NCBI GenBank assembly: GCA_000991205.1
Contig: LBRC01000001.1
Coordinates: 1-47,664, forward strand
Length of the DNA stretch: 47,664 nucleotides
Source: Parcubacteria group bacterium GW2011_GWA2_36_10
Lineage (GTDB): Bacteria; Patescibacteriota; Patescibacteriia; UBA1558; GWA2-36-10
Direction of reading: 5' to 3'
The notes beneath the pieces are model-generated. The model was given only the letters and a program-made list of their open reading frames with translations, had not been told where the DNA came from and did no database searches. The translations under genes were made by a program, and so were the position numbers. Of this stretch, positions 37,261 through 43,474 are shown piece after piece (position 1 is the stretch's first letter; each line of letters starts with the position of its first letter).

Positions 37261-38574
37261 TTATTGTAAAAATTCGCTTTCTGGTTTAGCCTGAATATCC
37301 AGACCATTCATCGCTCTATTTATCTCTGTAGTAGTGCTAGCAGTATTAATAGTATTTAGAGTAGTTGGTTTAGAGATTGGTTTCACTTGCTCGATAGTAG
37401 AAGTGCTGTTCACGCTGTCTTTGACAGTTTTTTCAATAGTTCTCAAAGCGCTGCCAATATTTTCTTGCATTACTTTACTTTCTAAGAGTTTGTCGGCTGC
37501 GTCTTTGAAAGAACCAGCGTCCAATAAAAGCTTAGCCTCACCCAACTTGCCTTCGGCTGCTTTTGGTTTTTCACTGATTTCTTTGAGACTAATCACATCA
37601 CCATTGATATTGATAGCCGGCGTCACTTGTACTATATCTTTATTGACTTGGGAGTTCACAGCTTCGGCTTGTTTTTTAGAGTCTTGGATATCAGTAGTTA
37701 ATTGGCTAATTTCTGACTTAATGATTTCAGCGACCGCTGTTTGTACCGCTTTCACTTCGGCTTGATCAGCTACAGCTTGTTTTTGGTCAGCTTGACTATT
37801 GGTGCTCTTTTCAACGTTTTGCGCAGCGGAAGCCACTACTTCTTGATGAACTTCAACGGCTACTTTGACAGCAGTTTTGTCAGCATCAGCGCTAGCAGTT
37901 TTTACTTCAGCTAAAGCCTGCTCTAAAACTGGATTATTATTAGTTAAGGCTTGCGCTTCCAAAACTATTACCTTATCTTTGGTTTGATTAGCCACTTCTT
38001 TGACTTTTTGAGCTAATAGGACAGTTTCTAGTGGGGCTTCTTTTTCTTCTTTGACGATCTGCAAAGTCTTATCTACCGCGGCTGTATCTTTACCTAAATA
38101 GCTAATAACTTGTTTTAAAACTTTGTCATTAGCGATTTGCTTATCTGGATCACTTTTGGTACTAGCGACGATTTTATCTAATTCTTGTAAACGTTTAGTG
38201 ATATGTTTGATATAAACTTCAGCTTCTTTGGTTGAGCTGACGGCCAAGGTCAATTCGGCTTTTTCAAAGCCACGCTTGATTGGCCACAAAGCTTCACCTG
38301 GCACAGAGGCTTGAGCGGCAAAAGTCATGCCAGAGCCTAAGAAAATTACCAGCAAAAAAGCCACTGTTTTAGCCAATGAAGGCATTAAACGACGGGTAAT
38401 TTTCATGCTGAATAAACGAAAACGTTCTTCAGCAGTCAAGCTATGGGCTTTCATCAAACGATGTTGAGAATAAATCTCTGATAAAAGCTGATGTTTGGTT
38501 GTTCTTTCCCAATCATTATCCACTTGGCAAAGTGGTAAGTGTTTGATTTGGGAAATTTTTTTAGCTAAATTCAT
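37261..38574 (-). CDS. single-pass membrane protein with DUF5667-like extracytoplasmic coiled-coil domain, putative anti-sigma factor
   Basis: 437 aa. Cytoplasmic N-terminus, TM helix AKTVAFLLVIFLGSGMTFAAQA, then PGEALWPIKRGFEKAEL and a long Ala/Lys/Glu/Gln-rich helical region. Lies 18 nt downstream of an ECF sigma gene. Confidence 0.55.
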   Translation of the reverse strand: MNLAKKISQIKHLPLCQVDNDWERTTKHQLLSEIYSQHRLMKAHSLTAEERFRLFSMKITRRLMPSLAKTVAFLLVIFLGSGMTFAAQASVPGEALWPIKRGFEKAELTLAVSSTKEAEVYIKHITKRLQELDKIVASTKSDPDKQIANDKVLKQVISYLGKDTAAVDKTLQIVKEEKEAPLETVLLAQKVKEVANQTKDKVIVLEAQALTNNNPVLEQALAEVKTASADADKTAVKVAVEVHQEVVASAAQNVEKSTNSQADQKQAVADQAEVKAVQTAVAEIIKSEISQLTTDIQDSKKQAEAVNSQVNKDIVQVTPAININGDVISLKEISEKPKAAEGKLGEAKLLLDAGSFKDAADKLLESKVMQENIGSALRTIEKTVKDSVNSTSTIEQVKPISKPTTLNTINTASTTTEINRAMNGLDIQAKPESEFLQ

Positions 38575-38592
38575 CTCGATTTATCTTATTAT

Positions 38593-39147
38593 TTATGATT
38601 CTTTAATTATTTCTTTAAGCTTGGTCATTGCTCGATGAAGTAAAACTCGGATATTAGCTTTGTCTTTTTGACAGATCTCACTGATTTCCTCAAAAGACAA
38701 GTCTTCGACATAGCGTAAGAGTAAAACTTCTTGATACTCTGGTTTTAACTTTTGTAAATAATGTAGTAATTTTTCTGTATCGATATCAAAGTCGATTTTG
38801 TCAGTCATAGTCTCATCTGAAAGCTCTTCTTTTTCCGCAAAGTCTTCTAAAGGTAAGTCTTGAGCTTTGTGCTGACGATAATAATCAACGACGACATTTC
38901 TCGCTATCCGATAGATAAAAGCTTGAAAATTCTTAATCTGCTTTTGATCTACTAGATATTGCCAAGCTTTTAAAAATACGTCTTGGGTCAAATCTTCAGC
39001 AATTTGTCGATTTGCTACCTTTAAACTAATAAAACGGTAGATTTGCTTGACATAATGGTCATAAAAAAAAGCAAAAGCCTCGCTATCGCCGCCTTTGAGC
39101 CTTAAAAAAGCTATTTTCTCTTTTAAATTACTACTTATACTTTTCAT
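38593..39147 (-). CDS. ECF-type RNA polymerase sigma factor (sigma-70 family, group 4)
   Basis: 184 aa. Region 2: AFAFFYDHYVKQIYRFISLKV...AEDLTQDVFLKAWQYL. Region 4: EYQEVLLLRYVEDLSFEEISEICQKDKANIRVLLHRAMTKLK. Confidence 0.9.
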   Translation of the reverse strand: MKSISSNLKEKIAFLRLKGGDSEAFAFFYDHYVKQIYRFISLKVANRQIAEDLTQDVFLKAWQYLVDQKQIKNFQAFIYRIARNVVVDYYRQHKAQDLPLEDFAEKEELSDETMTDKIDFDIDTEKLLHYLQKLKPEYQEVLLLRYVEDLSFEEISEICQKDKANIRVLLHRAMTKLKEIIKES

Positions 39148-39154
39148 ATATTAA

Positions 39155-39179
39155 GACGCTGTAGCTCTTAAAATGTTAC
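39155..39179 (-). promoter_or_regulatory. ECF-like promoter motif GTAAC-N16-CGTC ending 7 nt before the sigma-factor ATG
   Basis: Minus strand reads ccaagtGTAACattttaagagctacagCGTCttaatatATG, derived base by base. The AAC-N16-CGT spacing is typical of ECF promoters. Confidence 0.35.
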
Positions 39180-39199
39180 ACTTGGCTTTTTTAATAAAA

Positions 39200-39217
39200 T
39201 TGGCTAATATTAGCCAA
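39200..39217. promoter_or_regulatory. perfect 18-nt palindrome TTGGCTAATATTAGCCAA between a sigma70-like promoter and the ECF-like promoter
   Basis: Read directly. A TTTACA-N17-TATTAT promoter-like pair lies on the minus strand at 39268-39296, upstream of it. Confidence 0.35.
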
Positions 39218-39323
39218 AATAATAAATACATCGACTTTTTGCTTGCTTAAAAATTTAAGTATTTAATATAATACCATTTTTAAGGGGTTTTGTAAAGATT
39301 TTTAGAGAGAATTAATGTCTATT

Positions 39324-40415
39324 TTATAGCTGAACTTCTATCTCCTGCTCTAGCTCATTTCTGGAGATTTTTAAAAGTATTTTATCGCCTGGACGATAAC
39401 TTTGAATAATAGAAGTCAAACTACGCTCGGCTGTAATCACTTCATTATTTACCGCTACTACTTGATCACCTACTTTTAAGCCCGCTTTAGCAGCCACGCT
39501 ATTAGCTGTCACCGCTGATAACTGCGCGTGATACAACAAATGTCCTTTTTGGTTAAAGCCGGCTTGATTTTCAAAATCAAAGTAATACAAACCTAAACTT
39601 GGTCGTTGAGTTTGAGATAACAATGATTTGACAGCTTGTTTCAAATATTCGGCTGGAATTAACAACTTATCTTGTTTTACTTGATAAAAAACTCCCAGCA
39701 CATCACCTTTGACATTAAAAAATGGCGTGCCAGCTAAATTAGTACTTTCTGCTTGATCACCTAGACGTAAATAATAGTCTACTTTATCAGTCGATAAAAA
39801 CTGTTCTATTTGATAATGCTCATGAGCCAAATAATCTCGATAAAAAACATGCTCCATGCTTTCGGCTAAATCAAAATTAGTAAAAACTGTTTCACCAACG
39901 GCTAGTTTACTAGTTAATTGAAAATCAATCGGCTGTAAAAAGTCAGCTTCAATCTTTACAAAAACTAAATTAGTAAAATCATCAGACTTTGTTTCTTTGA
40001 TCGGATAAATTTGATCACCCAAGACAATCATTTCTTTGCCTGTCTTTACTACTTGGTCAGTGGACATCAGCCAACCATCAGAAGTCACCACGGTCGCTGC
40101 GCCTAAATAATCTTCAGGCAAAAAAGTCATTTGCTTTATTTTTGGTAAAATAGCTTTAGCAGTATAGACGCCAGCTACACTTTGCTCATATTTTCTAGCT
40201 AAATCAGTCAATGGCTGTTCTAAATTCACCGTAATATTACGGTTAAAATCACCTAAAGGATTTAAGCCTGCCTTATCCCAAGACAAAGCCTGCATCGCCC
40301 AAAAACCTAAAGCTCCACCAATGACGGCAATTGTGACGGTCAATAAACCCAAATTCACCAAAGATGGCGGACGATTAGTAGTTGGTCTTTCAAAATGTGG
40401 TTGTCTTTCTTCCAT
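39324..40415 (-). CDS. membrane-anchored HtrA/DegP-like trypsin-fold + PDZ protein, catalytic triad apparently not conserved
   Basis: 363 aa. TM helix LGLLTVTIAVIGGALGFWAM. By-eye alignment to the HtrA pattern gives TSDGWLMSTDQVV (His position is Q), FTNLVFVKIE (Asp position is N) and NLAGTPFFN (no GNSGG Ser). C-terminal PDZ: AAKAGLKVGDQVVAVNNEVI. Confidence 0.6.
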   Translation of the reverse strand: MEERQPHFERPTTNRPPSLVNLGLLTVTIAVIGGALGFWAMQALSWDKAGLNPLGDFNRNITVNLEQPLTDLARKYEQSVAGVYTAKAILPKIKQMTFLPEDYLGAATVVTSDGWLMSTDQVVKTGKEMIVLGDQIYPIKETKSDDFTNLVFVKIEADFLQPIDFQLTSKLAVGETVFTNFDLAESMEHVFYRDYLAHEHYQIEQFLSTDKVDYYLRLGDQAESTNLAGTPFFNVKGDVLGVFYQVKQDKLLIPAEYLKQAVKSLLSQTQRPSLGLYYFDFENQAGFNQKGHLLYHAQLSAVTANSVAAKAGLKVGDQVVAVNNEVITAERSLTSIIQSYRPGDKILLKISRNELEQEIEVQL

Positions 40416-40432
40416 AAAATTTATTTAGCTTA

Positions 40433-40560
40433 TTTTTCCCGCGATGCGGGAAAAATATAGCAGTTTTACATATTAATCGCTACTTATCCCATCGCGAAGC
40501 GGGACAAAAAGCAAAACTATATTAATATTATCTCTTATTCTCCCACCGAAGGCGGGAGAA
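40433..40560 (-). repeat. three tandem GC-rich hairpins of one repeat family (copies A, B, C), spaced about 53 nt apart
   Basis: A: 40433-40455 TTTTTCCCGCGATGCGGGAAAAA. B: 40487-40504 TCCCATCGCGAAGCGGGA. C: 40538-60 TTCTCCCACCGAAGGCGGGAGAA. Plus-strand flanks are shared: CT(A/C)(C/T)TTA before and (T/C)ATAG after. Confidence 0.6.
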
Positions 40561-40578
40561 TATATAGATTTTTATTTT

Positions 40579-41037
40579 TTAATGCGCTAAAACAATTTGT
40601 GTTTCAGCGACATTAAGTATTTTCTTTTTATGTAAAATATTAGTTAATTTATCTACTCTTTTGTGTTTATAATTATGCTCCACTCCAAACTCAGCAAATT
40701 TATCATCCAAGTCTGTCTTTCTTACTAATCGTGTATTTATAGTAACCTTTATATCTTTTAGATCTCCTTCTACATTACTTAAAGAGTTTTCGATTTTTTG
40801 AAAACGTTGTTCGTCAAGTTCGGCGGTTTTCAATATAACATCTAAAATCTCATTCTTTTGATCTTCTAACTTTTGATCCATAGCCACCAAAATCTCATCT
40901 TTTTGGATCGATAATTTTTGATCAATGTTTTGATTAACAGCTGTTAAAATATCGTCTTTTTGGATCGATAATTTTTGATCAATGTTTTGATTGATGGCCT
41001 GTAATAACTCTTGATTTGTGATTTCACTTTTCTTCAT
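40579..41037 (-). CDS. small coiled-coil protein with internal 19-aa tandem repeat, function unknown
   Basis: 152 aa. NQNIDQKLSIQKD(D/E)IL occurs twice, 19 aa apart, in a heptad-like Gln/Lys/Asp/Ile-rich sequence. Confidence 0.5.
   Translation of the reverse strand: MKKSEITNQELLQAINQNIDQKLSIQKDDILTAVNQNIDQKLSIQKDEILVAMDQKLEDQKNEILDVILKTAELDEQRFQKIENSLSNVEGDLKDIKVTINTRLVRKTDLDDKFAEFGVEHNYKHKRVDKLTNILHKKKILNVAETQIVLAH
40898..40992 (-). repeat. 57-nt period direct tandem repeat inside the coiled-coil gene
   Basis: The 38-nt core TCTTTTTGGATCGATAATTTTTGATCAATGTTTTGATT is found identically at 40898-40935 and 40955-40992. Confidence 0.85.
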
Positions 41038-41068
41038 AAAGTTTTTCTTTAATTATTATATCTACTTA

Positions 41069-41091
41069 TTTTTCCCGCGACGCGGGAAAAA
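41069..41091 (-). repeat. GC-rich intercistronic hairpin, copy D of the repeat family
   Basis: CTACTTA TTTTTCCCGCGACGCGGGAAAAA CATAGC. It lies 17 nt after the stop of 41109..41834 and 31 nt before the start at 41037. Confidence 0.6.
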
Positions 41092-41108
41092 CATAGCCTT
41101 TTATAATT

Positions 41109-41834
41109 TTAAAAAATAGCACTAATAAATAATAAAATAATTACTCCCAAAAAGCCCAAGAAATAACGAATATAGTGTCTTAGATGGCTTAAGTACCATT
41201 CTAGCACAAAAAACCACCAAAGTGTAGCCACAGTACCAGCTACATAGAAGCTAATTGGCAACAAATATAGGGCCACTAATATCTCACCTAAAGTCAATAA
41301 AACCAGCCAAATTAAACCTTTATTTTCTATTTCTGGCACTAAAGCTAAAATATCTTTGGTCCAAAAATAAGCAGCTAATAATAAAAATATTAAACTATAA
41401 AATAAAGAAAAAGAAATAAAGATAATCAAGTAATAAAAACTACAGGCCAGTAACCAAAAAGAAAAATAATATAAAAAACGATTAAAGGCTAAATAGTCTG
41501 GGTCATTAATATTTTTCAATTTCTTAAAATAAGTAGCCAACAACCAAAAAATAACTCCCCACAATACCACCACGCCAATCATGAGCCAATAACGCAAAAT
41601 ATCGTTAGTTAATAAAATCATAAACAAAATTTGTGAGATAAAAACTAAGCTCAGATTAAACCACAGCTGTAAAAAATTCCAAAAATATTTACCAGCTACC
41701 CAGTACTCCATTATCACTAAAATTAACAGTGAGATAACTACCACCCACCAAATAGAGCCTGGCTTGGTAAAAAATCGCCAGAAATTTAAGGCTAATAGCA
41801 AGGGTGTTAAAAAAATTGGTAAAATTTTATTCAT
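41109..41834 (-). CDS. Trp-rich polytopic membrane protein, unknown function
   Basis: 241 aa and hydrophobic throughout, with about 7 helices. No recognisable motif. Confidence 0.45.
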   Translation of the reverse strand: MNKILPIFLTPLLLALNFWRFFTKPGSIWWVVVISLLILVIMEYWVAGKYFWNFLQLWFNLSLVFISQILFMILLTNDILRYWLMIGVVVLWGVIFWLLATYFKKLKNINDPDYLAFNRFLYYFSFWLLACSFYYLIIFISFSLFYSLIFLLLAAYFWTKDILALVPEIENKGLIWLVLLTLGEILVALYLLPISFYVAGTVATLWWFFVLEWYLSHLRHYIRYFLGFLGVIILLFISAIF

Positions 41835-41839
41835 AAAAT

Positions 41840-42355
41840 TTATCTTTTATCTAATGCTTTAATATATTTGTTTAAAAGAGGTGAAAAATGATTTTTATAT
41901 CTTCTTTGCAACTCTTTATTTTGCCAATCTTTTCCTGTGACACGTCCACGACACAAAGATGAACCGCATTTACATTTCCACTTTGAAACATATTTTTCAT
42001 TTGCTTCCCAAATTGCATAATCAACGGTAATTTCCTCACCTTTTTTAATTTTCTGTTTGGCAATCAAAGTATAAGCATCTGCCATCCAAACATTGGGCTC
42101 ACAAGAATGATTAATAAAATAACCATCATCATTACCTCTTACCTCAAAACTATAAAGATCATCATCCCATTGCATAACTAACATTTTCTTTTCCCGTGCC
42201 TTATCTGCTCCGACTTTATCTGTATAACCACAAGTACCAAAAATTATAAGTTTTTCACCTTTTTTGATAAAAGAATTAGCAAACATACCACTTCCCTCAA
42301 TAAAACTGTTATACACATCAACTTTTGGACTTCTCCAATCTTTTTTCAAATTCAT
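41840..42355 (-). CDS. SET-domain protein (putative protein lysine methyltransferase) with post-SET Cys cluster
   Basis: 171 aa. FINHSCEPNV, EEITVDYA, CKCGSSLCRG. Confidence 0.85.
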   Translation of the reverse strand: MNLKKDWRSPKVDVYNSFIEGSGMFANSFIKKGEKLIIFGTCGYTDKVGADKAREKKMLVMQWDDDLYSFEVRGNDDGYFINHSCEPNVWMADAYTLIAKQKIKKGEEITVDYAIWEANEKYVSKWKCKCGSSLCRGRVTGKDWQNKELQRRYKNHFSPLLNKYIKALDKR

Positions 42356-42370
42356 AAAAAATTTCTCTAC

Positions 42371-42395
42371 TTTCCTCCGCCGAAGGCGGAGGAAA
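42371..42395 (-). repeat. GC-rich intercistronic hairpin, copy E of the repeat family (UUCG loop on the transcribed strand)
   Basis: CTCTAC TTTCCTCCGCCGAAGGCGGAGGAAA TAAAC with a 9-bp perfect GC-rich core stem. It lies 8 nt after the stop at 42404 and 15 nt before the start at 42355. Confidence 0.6.
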
Positions 42396-42403
42396 TAAAC
42401 TAT

Positions 42404-43015
42404 TTATAATATTGTTTTAATTTTAATAATATCATTTATCAAAAAATCTGGTTTTGCTGCAGCTAAAATCTTTTCGTGCTGAAAACCCCATGTAATACCA
42501 ATCGTTTTAATACCCGCTTTTCTCCCAGCCTCCACATCACCGGAAGTATCCCCCATATAAAAACTTTGTTTTTTATCTAAATTAAATTCTTTAACTAGAG
42601 AACTAATGGCTATTTTTTTATCATGAACTTCACAAATTGTTTTTTTTATCAAATTTTCAAGGCCAGATTTTTTAATTTCTGGTATTAATTTTGACTGCCA
42701 ATCTGAACTTACAATAAATAATTTAAATCCTTTTTTATCTAAATAGTTAAATATTATTTTAACATGTTTATAAATTTTTGGATCGCCCGCCAAATGGATA
42801 TATTTTTCATATAACTTATCTTGTTTGTCTTTATCTAAATTAGGAAAATACTTATGCCAAAACTGCATATATGGCTGAGTAAAATTTAATCTAATTTCAT
42901 TTTTATTAATTGGTTTTTTATCCAGCTCAATAAACATGTTTTTGCAAACATAATAAAAACAATAAAAATTGTCACTTAAAGTTCCCGACCAGTCAAAAAT
43001 AACTGCTTTATTCAT
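42404..43015 (-). CDS. HAD-superfamily hydrolase (phosphatase-like)
   Basis: 203 aa. Motif I is VIFDWSGTL (D-x-S rather than D-x-D). Also present: VSSD, K...GDTSGDVEAG. Confidence 0.8.
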   Translation of the reverse strand: MNKAVIFDWSGTLSDNFYCFYYVCKNMFIELDKKPINKNEIRLNFTQPYMQFWHKYFPNLDKDKQDKLYEKYIHLAGDPKIYKHVKIIFNYLDKKGFKLFIVSSDWQSKLIPEIKKSGLENLIKKTICEVHDKKIAISSLVKEFNLDKKQSFYMGDTSGDVEAGRKAGIKTIGITWGFQHEKILAAAKPDFLINDIIKIKTIL

Positions 43016-43021
43016 AATAAT

Positions 43022-43474
43022 TTATTTACTAAATAATTCTTGCCCGACTTGTAATTTTAAACGTTGAATGGTGCCTGAAGGCAATTCTAGCACTTGATTG
43101 ACTGGCATCGGTGAAGTGTATAGAGGTAAGTCTTTCAAAGCTGTATTTTTAGCTAGCTTGGGCATGTTTTCAATATAAGCCATAATTTTACCGTCAAGTA
43201 GCCAAACTAAGTCAATGGCAAAATTCATTTCTTTCATCCAAAAAGATAGATTTTGTTTTTCTGGATAAATAAATAGCATGCCTTGATTTTGCTCTAAACC
43301 CTCTCTATTAGATAGTCCTTGGCGATATTGCTCGGGCGTTTTGGCTAAATCTAAGACAAAATCAACTCCTACTAAATTATAAGTTTGCTTTTCAAAAATC
43401 AAACTTTTTTGTCCACAAGCAGATAAAAATAAAATAAACGCTAATAAACAAAAAGATTTAATTTTGTTGGGCAT
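43022..43474 (-). CDS. DUF192-family lipoprotein
   Basis: 150 aa with a lipobox (LFLSAC/GQ). DUF192-like core: GLSNREGLEQNQGMLFIYPEKQNLSFWMKEMNFAIDLVWL. Confidence 0.7.
   Translation of the reverse strand: MPNKIKSFCLLAFILFLSACGQKSLIFEKQTYNLVGVDFVLDLAKTPEQYRQGLSNREGLEQNQGMLFIYPEKQNLSFWMKEMNFAIDLVWLLDGKIMAYIENMPKLAKNTALKDLPLYTSPMPVNQVLELPSGTIQRLKLQVGQELFSK

Noticed and set aside
40433-40560. Three regularly spaced (about 53 nt) hairpin repeats as a possible mini CRISPR array.
   Set aside because: The repeats are degenerate rather than identical, and only about 18-23 nt long with T/A-run extensions. The same element occurs singly in other spacers, and no cas genes are present.
41872-42063. 63-aa same-strand ORF overlapping the SET-domain gene in another frame.
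   Set aside because: It is entirely nested in a gene with strong SET motifs. It has no independent start context or recognisable sequence.
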